This document shows, piece by piece, positions 51,656 through 61,182 of a stretch of 64,000 bases of DNA (position 1 is the stretch's first letter; each line of letters begins with the position of its first letter). Both the position numbers and the translations under genes were made by a program. Origin of the DNA: Patescibacteria group bacterium (GTDB lineage Bacteria; Patescibacteriota; Patescibacteriia; Patescibacteriales; UBA12465). Location: NCBI GenBank assembly GCA_049317985.1, contig JBMOHF010000001.1, forward strand, positions 25,605-89,604. Reading direction: 5' to 3'. A model generated the notes under the pieces. That model did no database searches and was not told the origin of the DNA. It saw only the letters and a program-made list of their open reading frames with translations.

Positions 51656-53416
51656 TTAATTTGCTTCGTGTTCGGCGCTCAATTTTATCCACTCCTCTTC
51701 GTCTCTCCAAATCTCTTCTTTAATATTTTCTAGCTCTAGATTTTTTTCCTGGTCATAACTAGAATAATTTTCGAGAAAATATTCCATCAAAACTTTTTTC
51801 CTTTTTTGTAATTTTTCTAATTCTTTTTCTAATTGGCGGATTCTTTTTTGGCGATCTTTAATAATTTGATATCTAATTGAAGCGCTATTTTTTATCTCTT
51901 CTGGTATAAAAATTTCTGGTTTCTTTAATAATTCTTTCTCGAGATGCGCAACATACTCTTCATATTCTTCGTAACGTTTTTTAGCGTGACCATTCTTTAT
52001 TTCAATAATATCGGTGGCGATTAAGCTACAAAAAGTGCGATCGTGACTAGCGAATAAAACGCTGCCATTATATTTATTTAGAGCCAATCCAAGCGCTTCT
52101 GTTGTTTCAAAATCAAGGTGGCAAGTTGGTTCATCAAGAATTAGAACATCCGGCTTTGATAATAATATTCCAGCCAAGAGGAGTCGCGATTTTTCGCCGC
52201 CTGATAAAACGCTAATCGGTTTTTTTAATTCCTCATCTTTAAATAAAAAATCGCCCGCCATCTTTAAAACGGCCTCAGTCTTAACATCACCAGAAGCAAC
52301 TTTTCTAAGATAATCTCCCGCCTGGTCTTTGCCTGATAATTTTTCCATTTCTTCTTGCGAGTGATAAGCAATTCGGCTGTCGCTCATCCAATGGAAAGAA
52401 CCGGCTAGTGGTTTTATTTGGTGGTTTAAGGTTTTAATTAATGTACTTTTCCCCTGGCCGTTAAGACCAAGGAGGGCAACCTTTTCGCCCGCCTGACAAT
52501 CAATATTAATTCCTTTAACAATTGTTTTATCGCTATAACCAATGCTCAAATTTTTCATTTTGAGAACGGTATTTTTTTTCTTAGCAACGGTCGGTATATT
52601 AATTCTCGTTATCCCCGCTTGATGTTCAATAGTAATTCTCTTGTTTTCTAGTTTACCTATTTTGCGAATTACGGCTTGAGCCTGTTTTGCTTTTGAGGCT
52701 TTGGAACGAAAACGATCAACAAATTCTTGCAGATGTTGTTGTTGGCGATCGAGACTTTCGTTTGCTTTTACTAGAGTTGAAAGCTTCTGTTCTTTGAATG
52801 AAAGATATGACTCAATGTTTCCAGGATAATGGTAACAACCTGTACTAGAAATTTCTAAAGTTTCTTCGCAGGTTTGTTTGAGAAATTCTCGGTCGTGGGA
52901 AATAATCATAAAACTGCCTCGGTAGGAACGCAAAAAATCTTCGAGCAATAATATAGTGCTGAGATCAAGATAGTTACTTGGTTCGTCAAGGAGAAAAAGG
53001 TTTGGTTCTTTTAAAAGCATTCCCGTGAGCTTTAAGCGCATCCGCCAGCCGCCCGAAAGAGCTTCAGCTAGCAAACTTAGTTTTTCATTATCTAATTCAA
53101 ACTTGGAGGCCAATTTTTTAATTTGCCACTCTGGCTTGCCGCTTTGTCTTTCTAAATATTCAAAAGCGGTTTCCTCTTGCTCAAATTCTTCATTTTGTTT
53201 TAAATAGCCAATATGTGTCTCCTTACCAATTATCAACTCTCCATCGTCAGCCTCTTCTTGCCCGCAAATAATTTTAAAAAGAGTAGATTTGCCGGCACCG
53301 TTACGACCAATCACGCCAATCTTTTGTTTTTCAGATACTGCAAAAGAGAGACCAGAAAAAATTTTCTGTCCGCCGTATTCTTTTTTTAAGTTGTTTACTT
53401 GAAGGAGAATCGCCAT
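51656..53416 (-). CDS. ABC-F family ATPase (translation-associated, no TM domains)
   Basis: Two ABC cassettes (GRNGAGKST and LSGGWRMR; GLNGQGKST and LSGGEKSR), an inter-domain linker and a C-terminal coiled coil. Confidence 0.88.
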   Translation of the reverse strand: MAILLQVNNLKKEYGGQKIFSGLSFAVSEKQKIGVIGRNGAGKSTLFKIICGQEEADDGELIIGKETHIGYLKQNEEFEQEETAFEYLERQSGKPEWQIKKLASKFELDNEKLSLLAEALSGGWRMRLKLTGMLLKEPNLFLLDEPSNYLDLSTILLLEDFLRSYRGSFMIISHDREFLKQTCEETLEISSTGCYHYPGNIESYLSFKEQKLSTLVKANESLDRQQQHLQEFVDRFRSKASKAKQAQAVIRKIGKLENKRITIEHQAGITRINIPTVAKKKNTVLKMKNLSIGYSDKTIVKGINIDCQAGEKVALLGLNGQGKSTLIKTLNHQIKPLAGSFHWMSDSRIAYHSQEEMEKLSGKDQAGDYLRKVASGDVKTEAVLKMAGDFLFKDEELKKPISVLSGGEKSRLLLAGILLSKPDVLILDEPTCHLDFETTEALGLALNKYNGSVLFASHDRTFCSLIATDIIEIKNGHAKKRYEEYEEYVAHLEKELLKKPEIFIPEEIKNSASIRYQIIKDRQKRIRQLEKELEKLQKRKKVLMEYFLENYSSYDQEKNLELENIKEEIWRDEEEWIKLSAEHEAN

Positions 53417-53917
53417 TTATTCGATGCTGATAACTTTATATTCAATAGTTCTTTCCTCTAAAATAACTTGAACTTGATCATTAACTTTTTTCCCCAGTAG
53501 AGCGTTACCAAGCGGTGAATTATGGGAGATTACACCATTTTGCGGATCGGTTTCCGCAGAACCAAGCAATCGATATTTTTTTTGTTTACCAGCTCGCTCA
53601 AGAGTAATTAAATTTCCGAGTTCAATTATCCCAGAAGTATTGCTTGGGTTAATTATTTCCGCTCTCTTTAATAAGTCTGAAATATCATCAATTCTTTTGT
53701 TGATGCCACGCAAACGAGATTTGGCCATTTGGTAGCCAGCATTTTCTGAAAAATCACCCATTTCAGCTAGACGCTTAACTTCTGAAGCTTCTCTCGGCCT
53801 TTTTACTTCTAATAGGTTCTTTAAGGTAGCAGAAAGTTCCTGGAATTTTTCCGGGGTTAGACTTGGATCTGGTTTCTGGCGTGGCAGTTTGTCAGCGCGT
53901 CTAGTTGGCACTCGCAT
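53417..53917 (-). CDS. greA: Transcription elongation factor GreA
   Basis: N-terminal coiled coil (DFSENAGYQMAKSRLRGINKRI) and a C-terminal FKBP-like domain. Its stop abuts the ABC-F start. Confidence 0.85.
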   Translation of the reverse strand: MRVPTRRADKLPRQKPDPSLTPEKFQELSATLKNLLEVKRPREASEVKRLAEMGDFSENAGYQMAKSRLRGINKRIDDISDLLKRAEIINPSNTSGIIELGNLITLERAGKQKKYRLLGSAETDPQNGVISHNSPLGNALLGKKVNDQVQVILEERTIEYKVISIE

Positions 53918-54127
53918 AATTTAATAACTGATTTTTAAGGTTATGTTTAGATTATCATTGTTTTTGCATGATAAGGCAAGAGCACAAATAATAAATGATA
54001 TTGATAAAATTTTTTAGACGTTTGTGCGTAATAATGTTTGGAGGGCCCGTTCCATAATTAACTTATTAATTTAACAATTATTCCGATTTTCTTGATTTTT
54101 TAGAAAAATACGGATTTATCAAATAAT

Positions 54128-54580
54128 ATGAAAAAGAAATCTATCGTTTTTGGAGCCCTTGCAATGCTGACTTTGGTTGCAGTAGCAGGTGCGTCATTGC
54201 CAGTTTTAGCCGCCACAGACAGCAGCGCAACCGCTAATGCTTCTTCGCGGGTTAATAAATTAAAAAACAGATTAGATAATTTTAAGAGAGGAAAAACTCT
54301 CACAGCTGCCCAAAAGGTAGATAATCAGAGCAAGATGGAAGCTAGAAAAGCCGAAATGGTAACAGAAAGAGCTGATATGCAAACAGCATTGAATTCTGGA
54401 AGCTTCGATACTTGGGTTCTCGCGGTCAAAAAATATAAAGGTGACAATGCGCCAATCCTTAAACAAGTGACTAGAGATAATTTTGCAAAGTTTGTTGAAG
54501 CTCAGGGGTACTTAGTAAAAGGAAAAACAATGATGGAAGAGATGGGAGTTAAAGGTGGAATATCCGGAATGCATAAATAA
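54128..54580 (+). CDS. Secreted hypothetical helical protein
   Basis: Signal peptide (…LPVLAATD), then a charged helical sequence. Confidence 0.5.
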   Translation: MKKKSIVFGALAMLTLVAVAGASLPVLAATDSSATANASSRVNKLKNRLDNFKRGKTLTAAQKVDNQSKMEARKAEMVTERADMQTALNSGSFDTWVLAVKKYKGDNAPILKQVTRDNFAKFVEAQGYLVKGKTMMEEMGVKGGISGMHK

Positions 54581-54592
54581 AAAATAATTATC

Positions 54593-54626
54593 AAAAAACC
54601 GTCGTTTAAATAACGACGGTTTTTTT
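54593..54626. terminator. Bidirectional rho-independent terminator
   Basis: Stem ACCGTCGTT/AACGACGGT flanked by A6 and T7. Confidence 0.85.
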
Positions 54627-54632
54627 AGTAAA

Positions 54633-55202
54633 CTATTTTTCAATTTCTTTGCAGATAATTTCAAATATTTCTTCGATGGTTTTTCCGCCGTCGATTTCAA
54701 TTAATTTTCCAGCTTGGCGATAATAATCTAAAACGGCAATCGATTCCTTGTCAAAAATTTTCAATCTAGTTCTCACGACTTCTGGATTTTTGTCATCTTC
54801 ACGTCCACCAATTTCGGCTCTTTTTTGAATGCGAGAGATTGCCTCATCCGTGGAAACATTTAGATAAAACATTGCATCTAATTCTGAGCTGCTTTCTTTT
54901 AGTGCGATTTCCATCATTTTCGCTTGGCCAATCATTCGTGGGAATCCTTCCAGCATTAGCCCACTTTCTTTTGTTTCTACAAAAACATTGCCTAGTACTT
55001 TTTCCATCAGTTCGTCTGGGATAAGAACCCCCTTGTCAACGAAAGGTTGTATTTTTTGGCCAAGTTCTGAACCTGATTCGATTTCATCTCTGAGACGATC
55101 GCCCATCCCAAATTGATGAAAACCGTATTTTGTTTCCAATAAGTCGGCTTGAGTGGTTTTTCCGGAAGCAGCACGACCGTAAATGCTAATAATTTTTTTC
55201 AT
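54633..55202 (-). CDS. adk: Adenylate kinase (short LID type)
   Basis: P-loop GRAASGKTTQ, plus MGDRLRDE, LEGFPRMIGQA and GREDDKNPEVVRTRLKIF. Confidence 0.8.
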   Translation of the reverse strand: MKKIISIYGRAASGKTTQADLLETKYGFHQFGMGDRLRDEIESGSELGQKIQPFVDKGVLIPDELMEKVLGNVFVETKESGLMLEGFPRMIGQAKMMEIALKESSSELDAMFYLNVSTDEAISRIQKRAEIGGREDDKNPEVVRTRLKIFDKESIAVLDYYRQAGKLIEIDGGKTIEEIFEIICKEIEK

Positions 55203-55323
55203 AGATATATTTTAAGTAAAAAAATATTGTAGCTAAAAAAATGATTAGTGGCAAGGTGGGATCTCAAATAGCCATTTTTGAAATAAAAAAACATCACTTT
55301 TTGGGTGATGTTTTGTCTGATAA

Positions 55324-56808
55324 TTATATGTCCAGTATCTTTTTGTAAAGAAAATTTTCATTCTTCAATAAAAATTCCGGACTAAACAATTTTTTCCATT
55401 CCTTAACTACTTCGTATTTAGTGAACAGTTGATTTAAAGCCAAATTGTACTGATCAATTTTTCCCTGTTCTATGTCAAGAGCGGGGGATATCCGAAGTTG
55501 GGCCATAGGGATAAAATGTTGGATTGAAATGACTTTGTTTTTTTGAGTTTTTGCCAGTCTTTCAAGCTCATCCTCCGCCGCCTGGAATGAAGGTTTTGAC
55601 TGAATATTGTCTTCTGCCGTTTGAACATCCTGTGGTTCAAAAACATTAAAACAGGCGATTTGAACAATGCGGTAGGCATCTTCGTAATCCAGCCCATTGC
55701 CAGAAAATTTTGTTTTTAGAAATTCTTTTACTTCGCTTGAGGCATAAACGCCGCGCGATTCATGAATTTCTTTCAGCATATTTTCCGGATAAACAGTTAG
55801 ATTACTCAAAACGCCATTCAGCACCTTAAGGGCTTGAGCGGTCACATGAAATAAATCAGGCCAAGCGACTCTTTCGACACAAGACTGTTCAATGGCTCTT
55901 TCTTCCCAGGTCTTGATATTGTCGGTTAATGACAACATATAGCCCTTAGCCATTCTCGCCATACCTTCCAGTTGTTCTGTCCGGATGGTGTTCTTTTTGT
56001 GTGGCATTGCTGACGATCCCTTCTGTTTCTTTTTGAAAGGTTCTTGCAATAGCGGTCGCCCACTACGCGATGCTAATCTAATGTCGTGGCCGATTTTATC
56101 AATCACAATCACCAGGTTACATAGGTTTTGGGCAAGCGGGGCGTAAAGAATTCTGGGCATAATTTGGGTTGCTCCATACAACGGAGAAAATCCCATTAAA
56201 TCAAGAGCCCTTTCTTCAATGCGGGGGTCTAAACTTCCGTATTTTCCGATTGCTCCGGATAATTTGGAATAATTTAAGCATTCCGCGGCATGTTCAAAAT
56301 TATCATCTGCTAATCTCAATTCTACCAACCAAGTAAGAATGCGAGCGCCGAACGATTGCATTTCTGCTTCCTGTCCGTGTGTTCGGCCGTTCATAATTGT
56401 GTAGCGATATTTTACCGCTAATCTGGTTAAGGTTTCTTCTAAGTCAAAAATCAAAGGGAAAATAACATTAACCGCTTCGGTTAGTGTTTTTGCGAATGCT
56501 GGTTCCTCGGTATCATAAGAAGTAATATTCTTATGAAAGTACTGGTGGTATACAGCTGGTAAATGCCTGACTCGTTCGTCCAAAAAGGCATTCAAATCAT
56601 GATGAATCTCTTCGTCACGCTTTTTCCACCACTGAATATCAATTGGTGTTTTGAGGTAGTCGCAGATTTCCTCATGTATTCCTACTGGCATGAGGTGTAA
56701 GTCTTCCATCGCAGCAATCACTGAAAGTTCAGTCTCCTGCCATAATTTGAGTTTTTGCTCATCACTGAAAATGTCAGTGATTTTTTTATTTTGGTATCTT
56801 TCTATCAT
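55324..56808 (-). CDS. purB: Adenylosuccinate lyase
   Basis: Fumarate-lyase signature GSSAMPHKKN. 494 aa with a PurB-type layout. Confidence 0.88.
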   Translation of the reverse strand: MIERYQNKKITDIFSDEQKLKLWQETELSVIAAMEDLHLMPVGIHEEICDYLKTPIDIQWWKKRDEEIHHDLNAFLDERVRHLPAVYHQYFHKNITSYDTEEPAFAKTLTEAVNVIFPLIFDLEETLTRLAVKYRYTIMNGRTHGQEAEMQSFGARILTWLVELRLADDNFEHAAECLNYSKLSGAIGKYGSLDPRIEERALDLMGFSPLYGATQIMPRILYAPLAQNLCNLVIVIDKIGHDIRLASRSGRPLLQEPFKKKQKGSSAMPHKKNTIRTEQLEGMARMAKGYMLSLTDNIKTWEERAIEQSCVERVAWPDLFHVTAQALKVLNGVLSNLTVYPENMLKEIHESRGVYASSEVKEFLKTKFSGNGLDYEDAYRIVQIACFNVFEPQDVQTAEDNIQSKPSFQAAEDELERLAKTQKNKVISIQHFIPMAQLRISPALDIEQGKIDQYNLALNQLFTKYEVVKEWKKLFSPEFLLKNENFLYKKILDI

Positions 56809-56879
56809 TCGGTCCTCCTATTTTAAAAGATTGATTTATATGATTTGTTAAAGTCCAATCATGTTGTGATCGTTACGAA

Positions 56880-56908
56880 ATATTATGTTTTTATGGTGAT
56901 TTTGTCAA
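56880..56908 (-). promoter_or_regulatory. purB promoter (mirror half of a divergent pair)
   Basis: Minus strand reads TTGACA-17 nt-TAATAT. Confidence 0.6.
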
Positions 56909-56909
56909 G

Positions 56910-56938
56910 TTGACATATTTTTTGTATTATTTTAATAT
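56910..56938 (+). promoter_or_regulatory. Promoter of the PurM-like gene (mirror half)
   Basis: TTGACA-17 nt-TAATAT. The two -35 boxes form the palindrome TGTCAA-G-TTGACA. Confidence 0.6.
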
Positions 56939-56985
56939 TTGTCCATACTTTAAAAATTTATTAACCAGTAAAATAGGAGGCAATC

Positions 56986-58170
56986 ATGTCAAATAGCATG
57001 TATGAAAAGTTGGGTGTTGATCCGACCAAAAGTAGTGTGAAAGAAATTTTCCACGCCATTATTGATAACGAATACCCTGGGGCATTTGTTAATATTATTA
57101 CAGATCCTTTCTGTCCGGAAAGAGTTTTAACCCAGCATCAGGACGGTGATGGGAGCAAATTTGTCCAACGCGTTTTACATTATTTTGAAAACAATGATCC
57201 GGCGGTGTTTGCTGGCATGGTTGATGATGCTTTGTCAATGAACACAGGCGATATTGCCGCCAGCGGTTTTGTAGCTGGCCCGATATTGGTCACTAATGTC
57301 TTGAACCTCAATTTTCCTAAAGAGATTAAGAAAATAATCATGAAAGTAATCGCTCTTAGGATGCTGGAACTAAAAGAAATTTATCGGGGGCATGGTTTTG
57401 ATCTCCGCTTATTGGGCGGGGAAACCGCTGACTTGCCCGATCAAGTTCGTACCGGCGTTTTTGATATTGCCGTGACTGCCTGGGCCAATAGATCCCAGCT
57501 CATCAAAGGAAATGTAGAGAGTGGTGATTTAATCTTCGGCTTTCCCAGTGACGAGCAAGCGGCCTGGGAAACCAAGTCTAATTCTGGCATCATGTCTAAC
57601 GGTCTAACCTTAGCTCGAAGCTCATTAATGCACAGTAGCTATAATAAGACCTACGGGCATCTTAAAAGAGGTGGAGACTATTATAACGGAAAATTTTTCT
57701 ACAATGACTGTTCCGTTCCCCTGGGAATGTCAGTGGGAGACGCCCTGATTTCTCCGACTCGCCAATGGGCAATAGTTATCAAGGAAATCATCAGTGCCTT
57801 AGAAAAAGAAGATGCCCTTTTTATGCTTCATGGGATCAGCATGAATACTGGTGGTGGTGCGACTAAAATTAGCAATATCGGTCAGGGCAATATTTTGTAT
57901 ATAAAAAATATGCCACCCCCGCCGCCGCTATTTCGTTTGATTCAATGCGAAAGTAATGAGTCATGGGAGAATATGTACCAAATTTTAAATTGTGGCATCG
58001 GCATTGATGTCGTCGGGAAAAACCATCCAGTATTTAAGGACGCCTTAAAAGAAGCGGCGCTAAAATGTGATTTACCTCTTTATCAATTAGGAGTCTGCGA
58101 GAAGATGCCCAGGGAGCCAAAGAATAATCAGGTTCTTCTGAGTACTCCTTTCGGCGAATTTCGCTATTAA
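56986..58170 (+). CDS. AIR-synthase-related (PurM-like) protein, divergent
   Basis: Strong SD (AGGAGG). PurM-family landmarks LLGGETADLP, MSNGLTLAR, SPTR, NTGGG and NCGIGI, with a non-canonical N-terminus. Confidence 0.55.
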   Translation: MSNSMYEKLGVDPTKSSVKEIFHAIIDNEYPGAFVNIITDPFCPERVLTQHQDGDGSKFVQRVLHYFENNDPAVFAGMVDDALSMNTGDIAASGFVAGPILVTNVLNLNFPKEIKKIIMKVIALRMLELKEIYRGHGFDLRLLGGETADLPDQVRTGVFDIAVTAWANRSQLIKGNVESGDLIFGFPSDEQAAWETKSNSGIMSNGLTLARSSLMHSSYNKTYGHLKRGGDYYNGKFFYNDCSVPLGMSVGDALISPTRQWAIVIKEIISALEKEDALFMLHGISMNTGGGATKISNIGQGNILYIKNMPPPPPLFRLIQCESNESWENMYQILNCGIGIDVVGKNHPVFKDALKEAALKCDLPLYQLGVCEKMPREPKNNQVLLSTPFGEFRY

Positions 58171-58176
58171 TTTCTA

Positions 58177-58206
58177 AAAGCCCTTTTTCAAAAGGGCTTT
58201 TTTTAT
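58177..58206 (+). terminator. Rho-independent terminator
   Basis: Stem AAGCCCTTT/AAAGGGCTT followed by T7. Confidence 0.85.
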
Positions 58207-58207
58207 C

Positions 58208-58236
58208 TTGACTTTACTTTATTTTTGTGATATTAT
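58208..58236 (+). promoter_or_regulatory. Promoter of the DEAD-box helicase gene
   Basis: TTGACT-17 nt-TATTAT with an extended TG. The leader is about 70 nt. Confidence 0.55.
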
Positions 58237-58311
58237 GGCCTTGTTACAAACTTTTGATTCTTTTTTCGTAGATAGCACCTAGCGGCCGGAAATTGGGTCG
58301 CTTATTTTTTT

Positions 58312-59937
58312 ATGTCTGAAGATTTCAATAAATTCTCAACTCTTGGGCTGAGCGCTGACTTAATGACAGTCATTGCTGGTCTAAAACTCACAACGCCAAC
58401 GCCAATTCAAGAAAAAGCTATTCCGCCAGCATTAACGGGAACTGACTTAATAGGTATCGCTCAAACCGGTACCGGAAAAACTTTTGCTTTTGGTGTGCCA
58501 ATCTTAGAAAGGCTTGTCAAAGATAATGATAGCCAAGCGGTTATTCTATTGCCAACCCGTGAATTAGCGATTCAGGTTGAAGAAAACATCCGCAAACTAA
58601 ATACTATTGCTCATCTTCCAATCGCTGTGCTGATTGGTGGTGAAAATATTGATCGTCAACTTTATCTTATCCGAAGAGGTTTGCGAATTGTTGTGGCAAC
58701 CCCTGGCCGCTTAGCGGACCACCTAAAAAGAAAGTCCTTAAAATTAGATAAGACTTGCATTCTTGTTCTTGATGAAGGAGATATGATGTTAGATATGGGA
58801 TTTCTGCCTCAAGTAGAAGAAATCATGGCCTATTTACCAAAAGAACGTCAGACAATGCTTTTCTCGGCGACTATGCCAAACGGAATCGTTAAATTAGCAG
58901 CTAAACACTTAAAGACTCCAGTTAGAATTGAAGTGGCACCAGCTGGTACCTCTGCTGAACAAGTCGACCAGGAAATTTATTTAGTAAAAGCAGAAGACAA
59001 ACTAAGGCATTTGGAGAAAGTTTTAGCAGAATACAAAGGCTCGGTCTTAGTTTTTATGCGTACCAAATACGGTGCAAAGGGAATCGTTAGCAAACTAAAA
59101 GTTCTAGGTTTTTCCGCTGCGGAAATTCATTCGAACTTATCTCTCAATCAAAGAAAAGATGCGTTAGCCGGTTTCAAGTCCGGTAAATATCGGATTTTAG
59201 TTGGCACAGACATCGCTGCTCGTGGATTGGATGTGAGTGGGATTGAGTTGGTTGTTAACTATAACTTGCCTGATAATCTTGAAGATTATGTTCACCGGAT
59301 TGGCCGCACGGGTCGGGCGGGGAAGTCAGGTAAAGCTATCTCTTTTGCGGCGATAACTGAACGTAGACAAATTAAGGAGATCGAAAAGTTAATTAAAAAA
59401 AATCTCCCCCTGAAAGAATTAACAGGTATGAAATTCCCTGAAAGAAAATTGGTTGTGCCAGTAGAGCGAGAGATTGGGCGTGCTGATTTTTCTTCTCGTC
59501 GTGACGGGGCTCGTCGTTTCGATTCTCCTCGCCCTGGATTTGGAGGAGCAAGCTCGGCTCGCAATTTCGGGGAGAGAGAACCATTTAAGAAAAAAACATT
59601 TGGAGATAGTAGAAAGCCATTTGGTCGTGGAGATAAGCCGTTTAGTAGAGGCGAAGGATATTCTCGCACGCGTTCTAGTGAAACTGCTAATAAATTATTT
59701 AGCGAAAGAAGTTTCTCGAGTAATGGTGAAAGATTCGGAGCGAAAAAGCCATTTTCCGCACCGAGAAAAACGGATGGAAGAGAGTCTTCAATAAATAATT
59801 TATTTGGTTTTGAAAAAGACTTGTTGCCAGAGAGAAGTATTAAACTGGCATCTCATCGTTCGATGGGTGGTAATATTTCAAAAAATAACTCAACTCGACC
59901 TCCGAGAAAACCTCAAACCAAAAAACGTTTCAAATAA
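58312..59937 (+). CDS. DEAD-box RNA helicase with basic low-complexity C-terminal tail
   Basis: Q motif, AQTGTGKT, PTRELA, motif II reading DEGD (not DEAD), SAT and HRIGRTGRAG. The tail is about 170 aa and rich in R/G/F/K/S. Confidence 0.9.
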   Translation: MSEDFNKFSTLGLSADLMTVIAGLKLTTPTPIQEKAIPPALTGTDLIGIAQTGTGKTFAFGVPILERLVKDNDSQAVILLPTRELAIQVEENIRKLNTIAHLPIAVLIGGENIDRQLYLIRRGLRIVVATPGRLADHLKRKSLKLDKTCILVLDEGDMMLDMGFLPQVEEIMAYLPKERQTMLFSATMPNGIVKLAAKHLKTPVRIEVAPAGTSAEQVDQEIYLVKAEDKLRHLEKVLAEYKGSVLVFMRTKYGAKGIVSKLKVLGFSAAEIHSNLSLNQRKDALAGFKSGKYRILVGTDIAARGLDVSGIELVVNYNLPDNLEDYVHRIGRTGRAGKSGKAISFAAITERRQIKEIEKLIKKNLPLKELTGMKFPERKLVVPVEREIGRADFSSRRDGARRFDSPRPGFGGASSARNFGEREPFKKKTFGDSRKPFGRGDKPFSRGEGYSRTRSSETANKLFSERSFSSNGERFGAKKPFSAPRKTDGRESSINNLFGFEKDLLPERSIKLASHRSMGGNISKNNSTRPPRKPQTKKRFK

Positions 59938-59944
59938 AACAAAA

Positions 59945-59972
59945 GCCGGGACTCTCCCGGTTTTTATTTTTT
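59945..59972 (+). terminator. Rho-independent terminator
   Basis: Stem CCGGGA/TCCCGG followed by a T-run. Confidence 0.75.
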
Positions 59973-59995
59973 TGTGCTAAAATAATTTTAGTATT

Positions 59996-60550
59996 ATGAA
60001 AAAAATTATTTTAATTATTCTTGGATCATTTCTTCTTCTGGTTTTTGCGGCAGCCTTTTACTATGGTCTTTTTTCTTCAGAAAATATTGTGGAAAAAAGT
60101 GTTGGAGGGGAAACATTAATTTATCAGGAGAGAATTGGTGACTACAATAAATCTAATCTAACAATGGATGTTGTTTCCGCAGAATTAAAAAATAATTTTG
60201 GTATCGAATGTTCGATTGGTTTTGGAGTTTATTATGACAACCCACAACAAGTAACGACGGAAAAACTTCGCAGTGAAGTGGGTTGCATTTTACCAAAAGA
60301 AGCGTCCGAAAGACTCGATGAAATTCAAGCTTCTTCAGTTGTTAAAGTGCGTCGCAATCCGGTCGTTAAAAGTGTTATCAGTGAGTTCCCCTATCGAAAT
60401 AAAATCTCTTATGTCTTGGGAGTTCTGAAAATCTATCCCCTATTAACGAAATATTTGAAAGAACATAATTATCAACCAGCTCCTTCGATGGAAATTTATG
60501 ATCTTAATAATCATAATATCGAATACCGAATGGTAGTTGTTGAAAACTAA
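59996..60550 (+). CDS. Membrane-anchored GyrI-like/SOUL-like domain protein (tentative)
   Basis: N-terminal TM helix. The pattern GDY...GFGVYYDNPQQV...LRSEVGCIL resembles the GyrI-like fold. Confidence 0.4.
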   Translation: MKKIILIILGSFLLLVFAAAFYYGLFSSENIVEKSVGGETLIYQERIGDYNKSNLTMDVVSAELKNNFGIECSIGFGVYYDNPQQVTTEKLRSEVGCILPKEASERLDEIQASSVVKVRRNPVVKSVISEFPYRNKISYVLGVLKIYPLLTKYLKEHNYQPAPSMEIYDLNNHNIEYRMVVVEN

Positions 60551-60554
60551 AAAT

Positions 60555-61052
60555 ATGCAAGACGTCAATCGCACCTGGCGCTTAATAGCCTCACTCGGTT
60601 TAGTTTTATTTGCGGGTTTTCTTGGATCTCTCGCCAACATGACATCTCTCTCAACGTGGTATCCAGGCCTTGTTAAACCGGCATTTAACCCGCCAAATTG
60701 GATTTTTGGTCCTGTTTGGACGGTTCTGTTTGTGATGATGGGTATTTCATTTTTTTTGATTTGGAATCAGTGCGCAAAAAAGAAAAAAAATAAAGATCGA
60801 GTCTATCTCCAGTCGTCAATGATTTTTTTCTCCGTTCAACTGGCGGCAAATGTTTTATGGTCTTTTCTTTTCTTCTTTTTTCAAAGTCCAAAATTTGCTT
60901 TCTTTGAAATTATTTTACTTTGGCTAACTATTGCTTTGACTATTTATTATTTTCAGAGTCTTAGCCGTCGAGCGGCCTGGCTGTTAATACCTTATCTTTT
61001 CTGGGTAAGTTTCGCAACGGTTCTAAATTTCGCTATTTGGCAGTTAAACTAG
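60555..61052 (+). CDS. TspO/MBR family tryptophan-rich sensory protein
   Basis: Motif WYPGLVKPAFNPPNWIFGPVWTVLF and five helices. The ATG at 60555 is preferred to the TTG at 60537. Confidence 0.85.
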   Translation: MQDVNRTWRLIASLGLVLFAGFLGSLANMTSLSTWYPGLVKPAFNPPNWIFGPVWTVLFVMMGISFFLIWNQCAKKKKNKDRVYLQSSMIFFSVQLAANVLWSFLFFFFQSPKFAFFEIILLWLTIALTIYYFQSLSRRAAWLLIPYLFWVSFATVLNFAIWQLN

Positions 61053-61182
61053 AACTTTAATTTAAAGATTTAAAAAAATAGGTTTTCACCTGTTTTTTTG
61101 TGGCGTTATCTCGGGAAACCTCAACTTGACAACAGTCTGAAAACCTACTACAATATTTCCTGTAATTTAAAAATTTAAAGGA

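Noticed and set aside
51477-51710. 77-aa minus-strand ORF
   Set aside because: It overlaps the 3' end and terminator of the ABC-F gene, and no supporting signals were found.
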